A DNA stretch of 64,000 bases from an uncultured bacterium (GTDB lineage Bacteria > Chloroflexota > UBA5177 > JANWHV01): contig CAVSOU010000010.1 in assembly GCA_963729625.1 (NCBI GenBank), positions 160,001 through 224,000 on the forward strand. The letters run 5' to 3'. The notes below the pieces were generated by a model, which was given only the letters and a program-made list of their open reading frames with translations, searched no databases and was not told the origin of the DNA. Below, piece by piece: positions 29,290 through 39,611 of this stretch. Positions within the stretch are counted from its first letter, which is position 1; each line of letters starts with the position of its first letter. The position numbers and the translations under genes are program-made.

Positions 29290-29307
29290 AAGGTCGAGGG
29301 AGATGGT

Positions 29308-30489
29308 GTGGCGACGATAGCCGAGCGCGAACGACAGGTCTACATGCCCACTTTTCTGCGCCAGCCAGTGGTGCTTGTGCGCGGCGAGGGGTGCTACGTT
29401 TGGGACGACGCAGGCCACAAGTATCTTGATTTGGTGGCGGGTATCGCCGTCAACGTGCTGGGGCACTGCCATCCTCGGCTGGTGAAGGCTCTGGAAGAGC
29501 AGGCCCGCACGCTGATTCACGTGTCGAATCTCTATTACTCAGCGCCACAAATCGAGCTTGGCGAAATGCTTACGAGACTGACGGGCATGGACCACGTATT
29601 CTTCACGAACAGTGGTTGTGAAGCGAACGAAGGGGCGATCAAGCTGGCGCGGAAGTTCGGCAAGGCCCACAAAGGAGGAGCCTACGCCATTATCACGGCA
29701 GACCACAGTTTCCACGGGCGCACGCTGGCAACCTTGGCCGCCACCGGCCAGGAGAAGTACCAGCGGCCGTTCACCCCGCTGCCTCCGGGTTTCACGCACG
29801 TTCCTTACAACGATCTCGAGGCTCTCCAGGCTGCGACTACCGCCGACACCGTTGCAGTCATGCTCGAGCCGGTTCAGGGCGAGAGCGGCATACATCCTGC
29901 GACCGGAGCATATCTCGCGACTGTGCGCGACTGGTGTGACCGCAATGGACTGCTCCTGATTCTCGACGAAATCCAGAGCGGTATCGGCCGAACAGGGACC
30001 TTCCTCGCCGCCCAGGGCTTCGGCGTCGTACCGGATATCGTCACGCTAGCCAAAGGTATGTGTGGGGGACTGCCTGCTGGCGCGGTGCTGGCGCGCCGGG
30101 CGGTGTCATGTTTTGAGCCGGGTGATCACGGTACGACGCAAGGAGGCAATCCGCTCGTTTGCGCCGCTGGGGTTGCTACGCTCGGGGTGATTCTTGACGA
30201 AGGGTTGATGGAAAATGCAGCCCGCATTGGCGCGGTCTTCCTTGATGGTCTGCAGCAACTGCAGGGAAAGCACGACGTGGTGTCCGCGGTCAGAGGCAGG
30301 GGCCTGATGCTCGCAATCGACCTGAATGGATCGAATGCGGCAGACGCGGTACGGCGGGCGCGCGAGCTAAGGCTTCTGGTCAATAGCACTGGTCCGTCGA
30401 CGATCAGGATGGTTCCCCCTCTCATCCTGAGTGCGTCCCAGGTGAGTGACGCGCTTTCCGTGCTGGACAGTGTCCTTGGTGTGCTATGA
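29308..30489 (+). CDS. argD: Acetylornithine aminotransferase
   Basis: GIAVNVLGH, NSGCEANE, SFHGRT, DEIQSG and TLAKG motifs. Confidence 0.95.
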   Translation: MATIAERERQVYMPTFLRQPVVLVRGEGCYVWDDAGHKYLDLVAGIAVNVLGHCHPRLVKALEEQARTLIHVSNLYYSAPQIELGEMLTRLTGMDHVFFTNSGCEANEGAIKLARKFGKAHKGGAYAIITADHSFHGRTLATLAATGQEKYQRPFTPLPPGFTHVPYNDLEALQAATTADTVAVMLEPVQGESGIHPATGAYLATVRDWCDRNGLLLILDEIQSGIGRTGTFLAAQGFGVVPDIVTLAKGMCGGLPAGAVLARRAVSCFEPGDHGTTQGGNPLVCAAGVATLGVILDEGLMENAARIGAVFLDGLQQLQGKHDVVSAVRGRGLMLAIDLNGSNAADAVRRARELRLLVNSTGPSTIRMVPPLILSASQVSDALSVLDSVLGVL

Positions 30490-30962
30490 AGGGTGATTCG
30501 AAGCAGGTCCGCCACAGGCTTATCCGGAAGATCGTTGCCGAGGGTGCCATGCACACCCAGGACGATCTCGTCGACGCGCTGAGAAGGCAGGACATCTTCG
30601 TCACGCAAGCAACTGTTTCTCGCGATATGGTGGAGCTTGGCCTGGTGCGCGCGGCGGTCGATGGCCGGGTCGTCTACACATTGCCCGAGTCCGTTTCACC
30701 GAACGACAGTCTTTCGGCACGGCGGAGACTTGCGCATCTTCTCGGCGACGTGCCGCTTGCATTCGGCGACAGTTCACAGCTTCTGGTGGTACGGACGTCG
30801 CCCGGAATGGCCAACATGATATGCGCGACGCTTGATATGTGTGCTTTTCCGGAGGTCGTGGGCACCGTGGCGGGGGACGACACGATCTTCGTCGCGCTTC
30901 GGTCGACCGCCGATCGCGACATTGTCCTCGGCTATCTCACGGACATCCAGGTGATCTCCTGA
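30486..30962 (+). CDS. argR: Arginine repressor
   Basis: TQATVSRD and GTVAGDDT motifs. Confidence 0.96.
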   Translation: MKGDSKQVRHRLIRKIVAEGAMHTQDDLVDALRRQDIFVTQATVSRDMVELGLVRAAVDGRVVYTLPESVSPNDSLSARRRLAHLLGDVPLAFGDSSQLLVVRTSPGMANMICATLDMCAFPEVVGTVAGDDTIFVALRSTADRDIVLGYLTDIQVIS

Positions 30963-31062
30963 GATACACTTGTAGGGCCGGCGCTCATGACATCCGACCC
31001 GCCCGGTCGTTGGGACGGCGGAATGACGGCGCGTCAGCGCGCAGCCGGCACACGGGGCGTTT

Positions 31063-32007
31063 GTGAGCAGCAGTGTTGCTTCGGGCTTGGTCGTCACTCT
31101 GCGGGTGCCTGCTACATCCGCCAATCTCGGGCCAGGTTTCGACTGTGTTGCACTGTCGCTGCGGCTGTTCAACCATATCAGTGTCGAAGTGCTGCCGGAG
31201 GACTCCAGATCATCGGTTAGTGTCACCGGGGAAGGCGCGAGTACGCTCGGCACTCAGGATGAGAACCTGGTCCTCATTGCCATGAACAGATTCGCCTCGA
31301 CGCACGGTCGAAGGCTACCTCCAAGCCGGCTCCGCATGCACAACAGGATTCCTCTGGGGCGAGGCCTCGGGAGTAGCGCGGCGGCGATCGCCGGCGGCGT
31401 GATGGCGGCGGCGGTGCTGCTTGGCATGGAGTATCGTCCCGACGTGTTGCTGCCGCTCGGACTGGACATGGAAGGGCATCCAGACAACATTGTCGCGGCA
31501 CTCTGGGGCGGATTCACGATCGGCGTGATCGAAGGCAAGACTTCCGTCGTTCAGCGGATAGTTCCGCCTGCCGATCTGCAAGCGGTGCTGCTGATTCCCG
31601 AAGACTCCTCAAGCACGGCCGAATCGCGCGCGGCGTTGCCGGTCGCGACCACACGAAGCGATGCCATTTTCAATGCAGGACGCGTTGGCCTCCTGGTGTA
31701 CGCTATGTCGCAGAACAGGAGCGATTTGCTTCGCGTGGCCATGGCCGACCGGCTGCATCAACCCTATCGTAGCGAGAAATTCCGCTACCTATTGCCGGCG
31801 ATCGATGCCGCAGTACAGTCTGGGGCCCATGGCGCGTCGCTGAGTGGCGCCGGCTCTTCGGTCATTGCCCTCGCCTCGAGCGGCTTTCAGAGGATCGAGG
31901 CCGCGTTCGCGCGCGTCGCGCACGAACACGGCCTCTCCGCGCGAACGTGCACGGTTCCAATTGATACGGAAGGCGCACGGTTCACCATTGGCCGCGCGCC
32001 GGTGTGA
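31063..32007 (+). CDS. thrB: Homoserine kinase
   Basis: VPATSANLGPGFD, PLGRGLGSSAA, EGHPDN, DRLHQPYR and LSGAG motifs. Confidence 0.96.
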   Translation: MSSSVASGLVVTLRVPATSANLGPGFDCVALSLRLFNHISVEVLPEDSRSSVSVTGEGASTLGTQDENLVLIAMNRFASTHGRRLPPSRLRMHNRIPLGRGLGSSAAAIAGGVMAAAVLLGMEYRPDVLLPLGLDMEGHPDNIVAALWGGFTIGVIEGKTSVVQRIVPPADLQAVLLIPEDSSSTAESRAALPVATTRSDAIFNAGRVGLLVYAMSQNRSDLLRVAMADRLHQPYRSEKFRYLLPAIDAAVQSGAHGASLSGAGSSVIALASSGFQRIEAAFARVAHEHGLSARTCTVPIDTEGARFTIGRAPV

Positions 32008-32064
32008 CACGGCGCGTCACGTGCGCGACGCGTGCCAGAATCGTCGGCTGGCCGCCGATACTGG

Positions 32065-32499
32065 TCATGCCTGAGCGGTCACACGGCGGATAATGTCCTT
32101 AAGGCGATAGATTTCCGCCTCAAACTCGATTCGCATCTCGTCAATTTCTGCCTCGTAGGCTTCCCGGATACGCTCCTGGCGCTCCGTGAGCTCGAGCTGA
32201 AGCTGCTCTATGCGCTCGGTCAGATTGAGAATCACCTCGACGCCGGCAAGGTTCACTTTGAGCTCGTCCATAAGTCGGCGGATCAGGCGGAGGCGCTCGA
32301 TATCGCGCTGCGTGTAATAGCGTATGCGGCCAGTACCCCGGTGAGGGCTTACCAACCCGAGGCGTTCATAGTGACGGAGTGTCTGCTGATGGACGTTGAC
32401 TGCTTCGGCAGCCACTCTGATGGTAAAGCGAAGTCCCAGTGGCCGCTCTTCCATCTCCAGATCCATCTCGGAAGTCAACGACTTCATACGACTTTCCAT
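32065..32499 (-). CDS. hspR: MerR-family heat-shock repressor HspR
   Basis: IRVAAE..VHQQTLRHYER.GL and VNLAGVEVIL motifs; follows dnaJ; HAIR site upstream of the operon. Confidence 0.85.
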   Translation of the reverse strand: MESRMKSLTSEMDLEMEERPLGLRFTIRVAAEAVNVHQQTLRHYERLGLVSPHRGTGRIRYYTQRDIERLRLIRRLMDELKVNLAGVEVILNLTERIEQLQLELTERQERIREAYEAEIDEMRIEFEAEIYRLKDIIRRVTAQA

Positions 32500-32592
32500 T
32501 TCTCGCTAGCGGGACCTCCTCCCGTACTGCGCGACCCCAGCTAACCCTGGAAAAGACCGAGCCGACCGGTCGCGAAATCTCTCGCCTGTCGC

Positions 32593-33615
32593 TCAAGAGG
32601 TCGCCGCGCGTTGGTGGTTGATACCCGCCAGTTCGTTCAGCAGTTCGCGTTCTCGCGCGGTGAGAGGCATGCCGTTGGTACCCGGCAGCATAGCGTGAAC
32701 TTTGACCAGCAAGTCGCCCTTGCTCCCGTCCTTGAGCCTCGGCATACCGAGGCCGGCCAGACGGAACTGCTTCCCGTTTGCGGTGCCGGCGGGAATCTTG
32801 AGCATGACTTTCCCCTTGACGGTAGGAATGACCACCTCCCCACCAAGCACGAGGGTGGTGTACGGCACGTCCACCTCCTCGATCAAGTTGTCGTCATCAC
32901 GTCGGAACCTGCTATGCGCTTTGAGCGACACCACCAGATAGAGATCACCGCGGGGTCCGGTGCTCGCACCCGGGTTGCCCTCTCCTGCGATGCGGATACG
33001 CGAGCCATCACGCACTCCGGCGGGAATCTTCACCTCGATGCGTCGCGAGAATGTCGTCCAGCCCGATCCCTTGCATGCCGGGCAGGGCTTGGCGTCCGCA
33101 TCAAGACCGCTGCCGCCGCACCTCGGGCAGCGATCCTGGCCAGTCAGCGTGAACATACGCTGACCTCCGGAGAACGCCTCCTCCAGAGAGACCTCGACCG
33201 GCTGTTCGATATCGTCTCCCCGACGCGGCTTCGGCGCCGTGGCAGTTGCGCGCTGCTGCCGTGCGGTCTGGCCGAAAATGCTTTGAAAGAAATCGCTGAA
33301 GCTCTCGGCGCTGGAAGTGCCGCCGGCATCGGCGGTTGCAGTCTTCTGACGACCCGCCCGTGTCGCATACGTGTGAATGTCAAAGCCAGGTCGCTTCCAC
33401 GACGTGCCTACCTGATCGTACTTTTGCCGCTTATCGGCATCGATCAGCACTTCGTGCGCTTCGTTAATCTCCTTGAATCTGGCTTCGGCAGTCCTGTCGC
33501 CGGGATTCAAATCGGGGTGATACTTGCGCGCCAGCTTGCGATATGCCTTATTGATCTCGCCGGTTGGAGCATCCTTCGATACTCCAAGTATTTTGTAGTA
33601 ATCCCTGTATTCCAT
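32593..33615 (-). CDS. dnaJ: DnaJ-family co-chaperone with a reduced zinc-finger region
   Basis: J domain with HPD; only two CxxCxGxG repeats; DnaJ C-terminal GDLY/GDLL motifs. Confidence 0.9.
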   Translation of the reverse strand: MEYRDYYKILGVSKDAPTGEINKAYRKLARKYHPDLNPGDRTAEARFKEINEAHEVLIDADKRQKYDQVGTSWKRPGFDIHTYATRAGRQKTATADAGGTSSAESFSDFFQSIFGQTARQQRATATAPKPRRGDDIEQPVEVSLEEAFSGGQRMFTLTGQDRCPRCGGSGLDADAKPCPACKGSGWTTFSRRIEVKIPAGVRDGSRIRIAGEGNPGASTGPRGDLYLVVSLKAHSRFRRDDDNLIEEVDVPYTTLVLGGEVVIPTVKGKVMLKIPAGTANGKQFRLAGLGMPRLKDGSKGDLLVKVHAMLPGTNGMPLTARERELLNELAGINHQRAATS

Positions 33616-33682
33616 AGATTCTCACCAGCACGCGCGGCTGCTTTGGCGGAGGGCGCTGCGCGCCGGGCCTGGGCTCGCGAGC

Positions 33683-35455
33683 CTACTCGCCATGCTTCAC
33701 GTCGCGCGGGAACGTAGCTCCATCCAACCTGCCAACTCCAAGCGCCTGTACGGCATTCGGGAGCAGCGGTTCCAGGTGCCGGCACGCCTGTTCAAGATCG
33801 CTGAAGTCTCCCGAGGTGAGGCAGGTCTTCACTTCCCGGGCGGCGTCGTCGATGCGCGCGCGATCGTACGGATTCTCAACCGCTCGCGCGTCGATCAGGC
33901 GCTCCGCGCGGTAGAGCAAGCTCTGGGCCTTGTTCGCGAGTTCTGCCTGCCTGCGCCGGATCTCGTCCTGCTGGGCATATTGTGCGGACTCCCTAACAAG
34001 CCTTTCGACCTCGTCGGAGCTCAGATTAGTCGATGCAGTAATGGTAATCGTTTGAGCTCTGCCAGTAGAGAGATCTCGAGCAGCGGCACTCACGATGCCA
34101 TTATGATCGATCTCGAAAGTCACCTCGATTTGCGGTATGCCCGCGGGCCCAGGATTGATGCCGTCGAGATTGAAGTGTCCCAGGGGCTGATTGTCTTGCG
34201 CCATTTCACGCTCACCCTGGAGAACATGAATATCGACACCGATCTGGTTGTCCTGGCCTGTGGTAAAGATCTCGGTGCGCTTGGTCGGTATCGTGGTGTT
34301 TCTGTGGATGAGCTTCGTAAACACGCCGCCGACGGTCTCGACGCCAAGCGAGAGCGGTGTCACATCGAGCAGCACGACGTTCTTGAGCTCTCCCGTCAAC
34401 ACGCTGGCCTGGACCGACGCGCCGAGCGCCACGACCTCGTCAGGATTCACACCCTGGTAGGGCACCTTCCCGGTCAACTGCTGTACTAGCTGCTGGATGA
34501 CCGGCATGCGCGTCGAACCGCCAACCAGGATCACCTCATCGATCTCATCTTCGGTGATCTGGGCGTCGGACAGCGCCTGCCTGAACGGTCGCATGCAGCG
34601 ATAGGTCAGCTCACCGGTGAACTCCTCGAACTTGGCGCGAGTAAGCTCCTGATCGAGATGCTTCGGTCCCGTGGCATCAGATGTGATGAACGGCAGGTTG
34701 ATCGATGTCGCGACGACCGACGACAACTCGACTTTGGCCCGCTCGGCTGCGTCGAGTAAGCGTTGAAGAGCTTCGCGCTCGCGAGTGAGATCGATGCCGT
34801 ATTCCTGGAGGAACTGCTCGGCAAGATACTCCACAATCTTGATGTCGTAGTCATCCCCTCCGAGGCGGGTGTCGCCGCAGGTCGCCTTGACCTCGAACAC
34901 GCCGTCGCCGACGTCAAGGATCGACACGTCGAACGTGCCTCCTCCGAGGTCCCACACGAGCACGGTCTCCATCCGCTTCTTGTCGAAGCCATACGAGAGC
35001 GCCGCCGCTGTGGGCTCGTTGATGATTCTGATCACATCAAGGCCCGAGATCCGGCCGGCGTCCTTGGTCGCCTGACGCTGGCCGTCGTTGAAGTAGGCGG
35101 GCACCGTGATCACCGCGCCGGTGACCTCGCCGCCAAGGAATACCTCAGCGTCGCGCTTGAGCTTCTGGAGAATGATTGCCGATATCTCCTGCGGGGTATA
35201 CGGATGGCCATCGATTGTCACACGCTGATCCGTGCCCATCAAGCGCTTTATTGACATAATGGTTCGCTCAGGGTTTACGACAGCCTGTCGCTTGGCGAGC
35301 TGCCCGACGAGCCGTTCGCCCTTTCGCGTAAATGCGACGACTGAAGGCGTCAACCTGCTGCCTTCGGCATTCGGGATGACCAGCCGTTCGCCGCCCTCGA
35401 TCGTGGCGATGACCGAGTTCGTGGTCCCCAAATCGATACCGACCACTCTGCCCAT
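33683..35455 (-). CDS. dnaK: Hsp70 chaperone DnaK (short-tailed paralog)
   Basis: [31 protein letters not shown] and [10 protein letters not shown] motifs; monoderm-type short ATPase domain. Confidence 0.96.
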   Translation of the reverse strand: MGRVVGIDLGTTNSVIATIEGGERLVIPNAEGSRLTPSVVAFTRKGERLVGQLAKRQAVVNPERTIMSIKRLMGTDQRVTIDGHPYTPQEISAIILQKLKRDAEVFLGGEVTGAVITVPAYFNDGQRQATKDAGRISGLDVIRIINEPTAAALSYGFDKKRMETVLVWDLGGGTFDVSILDVGDGVFEVKATCGDTRLGGDDYDIKIVEYLAEQFLQEYGIDLTREREALQRLLDAAERAKVELSSVVATSINLPFITSDATGPKHLDQELTRAKFEEFTGELTYRCMRPFRQALSDAQITEDEIDEVILVGGSTRMPVIQQLVQQLTGKVPYQGVNPDEVVALGASVQASVLTGELKNVVLLDVTPLSLGVETVGGVFTKLIHRNTTIPTKRTEIFTTGQDNQIGVDIHVLQGEREMAQDNQPLGHFNLDGINPGPAGIPQIEVTFEIDHNGIVSAAARDLSTGRAQTITITASTNLSSDEVERLVRESAQYAQQDEIRRRQAELANKAQSLLYRAERLIDARAVENPYDRARIDDAAREVKTCLTSGDFSDLEQACRHLEPLLPNAVQALGVGRLDGATFPRDVKHGE

Positions 35456-35488
35456 ACGTCAGTTCCTTTGGCTCCATGCTGCAGTAGT

Positions 35489-35518
35489 AGTATAAAACTT
35501 GAGCCACTCGTTGTCAAG
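35489..35518 (-). promoter_or_regulatory. dnaK sigma70 promoter overlapped by a HAIR (HspR) operator
   Basis: Minus strand TTGACA-N17-TATACT; inverted repeat CTTGAGC-N7-TGTCAAG at 35498-35518 resembles CTTGAGT-N7-ACTCAAG. Confidence 0.85.
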
Positions 35519-35715
35519 GATGGGCCGCCCCATCAGGTGAAGATCACAGGATTGCCACGGGTACACTCGGTCCAGTTGCGCCTCGATGGCTCAGACCAGG
35601 AGCGGCGCCCGCACTATCGACTTCTCCGTGGTCCCAGTCCGTACACTCAATAGTCGTCTCCTCACCCCCGCGCTCGCACAGCGGATCAGAACAGGCCTGA
35701 ACCTTCCGCGCCACG

Positions 35716-38037
35716 TCAGTGCCCAGCAGCGCACGCGGGATCGCAGGGAACCCTATATATGGTTACGGCAGAAAGTTGCAAAACTGGAGTCAGAAACGAT
35801 CTGAAGTTCGTAAGCGTCGTACCAGGGGTTCCCGCCCCGAACTCCGATCGCTCGTACGGACCGACCACAACGTAGGCGATGTTGTACTTCTTGATGATCC
35901 GAGCCGCGACCTGCTTGTCGGAGGCCGTGAACAGCGTCCGATCGTCTTGTTCGGCCTGGCTGATCAGAGCTTGCGCCGCCTGCTGACCGGATCCCGTGCC
36001 AATGTCGCCACGCCACAGGGCCTCGTGACTCGCCGGCCAAGCGATGATCGTAGGCCTGCCGGTCAGTGCCGAGAATACGTTGGCATCCGCGCTGAGTCCG
36101 GGATCGCCCCAGTACTCGCCGCCGTATGCTTCCGCCACCACATCGAACTGATTCGTGTGTTGCTGAATCCACATGAGTGCTTTGTATTCGTCCGGCGCCA
36201 TTTCTCGTGCGTAGGCCAGGCCGTCGAGTCCCCGCGCGCTCGATGCATACGACGCCTCCTGGCTGCCAACTCCTTCTATTGGATAAAAAGCTGTGCCCGC
36301 GGCGAGCAGCACCGCCAGCCCGTACCACACGAAACGCGCGCGGCGTGAGAAGGACGCTCCAAGCGCGGCGCCGATCGATTGTATGCACACGGGAGCGGCG
36401 ATGGCGAGCAGGATCCATGCTTGGTAGTAGAGCTTGAAGACTGTATTCATGCGGTAGCCCGGCGAGTTGTCGAAGTCGTCTCTCAGATACACGAAGTCAC
36501 TGGCCAGCAAGACGGCAACGGCAAGCAGCGCCAGCAGGAGCGCGGCCTGTACTTCCGGTGTTTCCTCCTCCCGAAGCACAACAAGTGCATAGACGATTGC
36601 CACCAACAGGCACACGTAGAGAAGGTCGATTCGGGCGGGCCAAACAAGTGTGAGCAGCACGAGGACGAACGCGATCCACCAGCCACTCCCCTCGGGCATG
36701 ACTCGCAGCAGCTGACGAACGAGCGGCTCCGGCTGCCCGTCGCGGCTGACGTTCGCGGAGAGCGCGGCAATTCCGCGCCATGCGGCGAAGGCGGCTGCTG
36801 GGGCCAGAACACCGCCGATGACGGTAAGCGCGTCACCCATAGCCGTGGGATTCACATGCACGCCGATGCTCTTGGCGTTGTGTACGGTGATCAGGAACGG
36901 CAGATAAAGGATGAGGCTCAACGGGACAATGGCCACTGCTTCGGCAAGCGCTCGAGAGGTCGCCTGACCACTGCGGTACGCCGCAAGCATGACGCAGAGA
37001 ACTGCGAAGATCGTGTACGTCGGATAATCCCATGAATTGACGCCGAACAGCATACCGGCCGCCACCGCCGCCGACGCGATCCAGAGGTAGCGCATTTCGC
37101 GCTGGGCTATCGCCGTCGGTGGGTCGAGCAGCGCCTGGACACCGAATCCGATGGCGAGCAACACAAATGGAATGGCCATGACATGCGGGTGCAGGTCATT
37201 CCACAACAGGCTGAAGATGGGAAACTCCGTGATAGTGTGGTACGGCGCGCAGCCGCCGTCGATGATGCGTGTGCTGCACCACAGGTTCAGTCCCTCCCCG
37301 TTGAGTCCACCGGTGAAGACCTGGGAGACGACTTGCGGTATCGTGTCGAGATCGCCTGCAAGCATCACCGCAAACGCGCCGGCGAGTCCCCACAGACGGC
37401 TCTTCGTCGTCGCGAGCGCGAGCGAATACGCGGCGCCGCAGCCAAGCGCGAAAATCGTGACATTGGAAAGGTTGTAGCCGAAGCGCGGATCCACGCCGGC
37501 CATCCGTCCGATCATGCCGAAGGCGGCATAGCCTAGGTAGTAGTAGTTCACCGTGTGGCCGGCCAGCCATGCGTCGGGCGGCGGGAAGCTATGCGTCGCT
37601 CCACTGACCTGGAGCAGCATAAAATCCATTGGTTTCTCGGTGTCGAAGATGTCCGGATGAAGCCCTCGCACGATTGTCCAGCCCGCGAAGGCAACCAAGA
37701 ACACTGCCTCTTCAATGGCTACGACGCGGCTCAGGGCGCGAAAGTCAGCCGGTCGGGTCGCCGAGCCCAGCCGATACAGGCTGACACCGCCGGCGGCAAG
37801 CATGAGGGTCAGGGCCCAGAGGAGCGGCGGGTAATTCGCCAGGCCGGCAATGCTGCCGAGCCACCAATTAAGGAACACTACAAACAACATGCCCAGCGGC
37901 TTGGAGAGCCCGTAGCCCCGATCTGGCAGGGAGCGAAACAGCAACGCGCTCAGGGGCAGCGCCGCAAGGCCGAGCAACTCGACGCTCAGCAGCCACTGCA
38001 GCCAGTCCGCGGTGAACACGTGGGCGATATTGTCCAC
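35716..38037 (-). CDS. DUF2298 (YYY) polytopic membrane protein, putative GT-C glycosyltransferase
   Basis: DRGYGLSK, EKPMDF, PPPDAWLAG..VNYYYLG, ITEFP.FS...DLHPH, NSWDYP, RMNTVFKLYYQ and LDGLAY motifs; start uncertain. Confidence 0.88.
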   Translation of the reverse strand: MDNIAHVFTADWLQWLLSVELLGLAALPLSALLFRSLPDRGYGLSKPLGMLFVVFLNWWLGSIAGLANYPPLLWALTLMLAAGGVSLYRLGSATRPADFRALSRVVAIEEAVFLVAFAGWTIVRGLHPDIFDTEKPMDFMLLQVSGATHSFPPPDAWLAGHTVNYYYLGYAAFGMIGRMAGVDPRFGYNLSNVTIFALGCGAAYSLALATTKSRLWGLAGAFAVMLAGDLDTIPQVVSQVFTGGLNGEGLNLWCSTRIIDGGCAPYHTITEFPIFSLLWNDLHPHVMAIPFVLLAIGFGVQALLDPPTAIAQREMRYLWIASAAVAAGMLFGVNSWDYPTYTIFAVLCVMLAAYRSGQATSRALAEAVAIVPLSLILYLPFLITVHNAKSIGVHVNPTAMGDALTVIGGVLAPAAAFAAWRGIAALSANVSRDGQPEPLVRQLLRVMPEGSGWWIAFVLVLLTLVWPARIDLLYVCLLVAIVYALVVLREEETPEVQAALLLALLAVAVLLASDFVYLRDDFDNSPGYRMNTVFKLYYQAWILLAIAAPVCIQSIGAALGASFSRRARFVWYGLAVLLAAGTAFYPIEGVGSQEASYASSARGLDGLAYAREMAPDEYKALMWIQQHTNQFDVVAEAYGGEYWGDPGLSADANVFSALTGRPTIIAWPASHEALWRGDIGTGSGQQAAQALISQAEQDDRTLFTASDKQVAARIIKKYNIAYVVVGPYERSEFGAGTPGTTLTNFRSFLTPVLQLSAVTIYRVPCDPACAAGH

Positions 38038-38071
38038 GATGCGTCGTATCCTTTGCTCGGCGAGATTTACA

Positions 38072-39232
38072 TCACCAGTGTACGTGCCGCGAGTGCGCTT
38101 CGACAGCCTCGAGTATCGCCTGGTCCGTATCGCGCGAGTAAATGGACCGCGCCCGAATGACTTCTGACGTCCCATCGTGGGGATCGGACACACTAAGCAT
38201 ACTTCCGGCGGCACCGCAAACGGTAGCCAGCGCGCAGAACGGCGTGTAGGACAGACTGTAGCCGCCCTCCTGGACCAGCACGAGGCGCCCGCCGCACACG
38301 TCTTCGGCGATTTCACGCGCCCGCCGACCGAGCGCATTGAATCCATCCATCGTTACAAGCATGCGGCCAAGCGGATCAAACATCGACGCATCCTGACCAG
38401 CGCTCACCAGTAGAAGGTCAGGACTGAATCGGCGAGCCGCCGGGGCTACGATGCGATCGAGGACCGCAAGGTAGTCGAGGTCGCCGGTACCTGGCGGCAG
38501 CGGCACATTGATCGTGGCGCCCGCCCCGTCGCCGGCGCCGCTCTGATCGAGTGAACCCATGTCTGCCGGATACCAGTTGTCCTGGTGCAGGGAGACGAAG
38601 AGCACCGACGGATCCGCATAGAACGCACATTGCGTACCGTTTCCGTGATGAACGTCCCAATCGACAATCATCACCCGTGACGCCCCCTGGCGCTGTGCAT
38701 GACGGGCGGCGATCGCGATGTTGTTGAAAAGGCAGTAGCCCATCCCCGCGTCGGCCAGAGCATGATGTCCGGGTGGTCGACCCAACGCGTACGCCGCGCG
38801 AGCTGTGCCGCGAAGCACGGTGTCGACGGCGGAGATCGCGGCACCGCTCGACAGCAACGCCGGGAGAAACGAACCGGCCCCGACAGGCGCGGCTTCACCC
38901 GCGCTGCCTCCCCCAGCCTCGCTCATGCGTCTGAGGCTGGCCACATACTCACGCGAATGGCACATGGCGACGTCGTCTTCCGTGGCCGCCTGCACGGGGA
39001 TCTGCACGGATTCGGCCGCGAATCCTGATGCAACGAGAAGCGTGTGAGTCCGCTCGATAATGCGTGAGCTGGAGCTATGCTCAATGCCGTCAAACGGAGT
39101 GCCGTCCGCGAGTGTCTGCTGCACAATTCCGGGATCGTGCCGCAATACGCGGTCATCGTAGGCCAGTCCGAACGAATGCTTTCCGATCACGTGGACCCTT
39201 CGGTAGGGCATAATCCGTGAGATGCTGTTCAC
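38072..39232 (-). CDS. Zn-dependent class II HDAC-family deacetylase
   Basis: RPPGHHA, GYCLFNN, DWDVHHGNG, SAGQD and EGGY motifs. Confidence 0.93.
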   Translation of the reverse strand: MNSISRIMPYRRVHVIGKHSFGLAYDDRVLRHDPGIVQQTLADGTPFDGIEHSSSSRIIERTHTLLVASGFAAESVQIPVQAATEDDVAMCHSREYVASLRRMSEAGGGSAGEAAPVGAGSFLPALLSSGAAISAVDTVLRGTARAAYALGRPPGHHALADAGMGYCLFNNIAIAARHAQRQGASRVMIVDWDVHHGNGTQCAFYADPSVLFVSLHQDNWYPADMGSLDQSGAGDGAGATINVPLPPGTGDLDYLAVLDRIVAPAARRFSPDLLLVSAGQDASMFDPLGRMLVTMDGFNALGRRAREIAEDVCGGRLVLVQEGGYSLSYTPFCALATVCGAAGSMLSVSDPHDGTSEVIRARSIYSRDTDQAILEAVEAHSRHVHW

Positions 39233-39349
39233 GCCATCCCTCGCGTGTCAGAGCCAGAATATCAGGTGCCCGCGGCTCGATGCCAACGCAGGGCTTGGGC
39301 AGGCACGCTTGTAGCATGAGCCATGTAGAGATATCCGCCAGCGCTCCGC

Positions 39350-39378
39350 TTGACGCGCCGCCGCGCCTTCTCTAGACT
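39350..39378 (+). promoter_or_regulatory. Sigma70-type promoter for tRNA-Pro
   Basis: TTGACG-N17-TAGACT about 16 nt upstream of the tRNA. Confidence 0.65.
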
Positions 39379-39394
39379 ACCTCCTGTAGGGTAG

Positions 39395-39467
39395 CGGGGT
39401 GTAGCGCAGTCGGTAGCGCGCGGCGTTTGGGACGCTGAGGTCGGAGGTTCAAGTCCTCTCACCCCGA
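39395..39467 (+). tRNA. tRNA-Pro(TGG), CCA not fully encoded
   Basis: Acceptor CGGGGTG/CACCCCG, anticodon loop TT-TGG-GA and GGTTCAAGTCC T-arm; followed by CCT. Confidence 0.96.
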
Positions 39468-39611
39468 CCTGATTCTTGCCAACCGCCGATCGCGCGTGTA
39501 TGCTGCCCGATCGAGATAACGTGATCGCGTGTCGCGGTGCGGACGCGTCGCAATTCAGTCGTGGTTGCGCAATGTCCGGCGCCTGGTGCCTGCGATTGAG
39601 GACGCTGCCGC

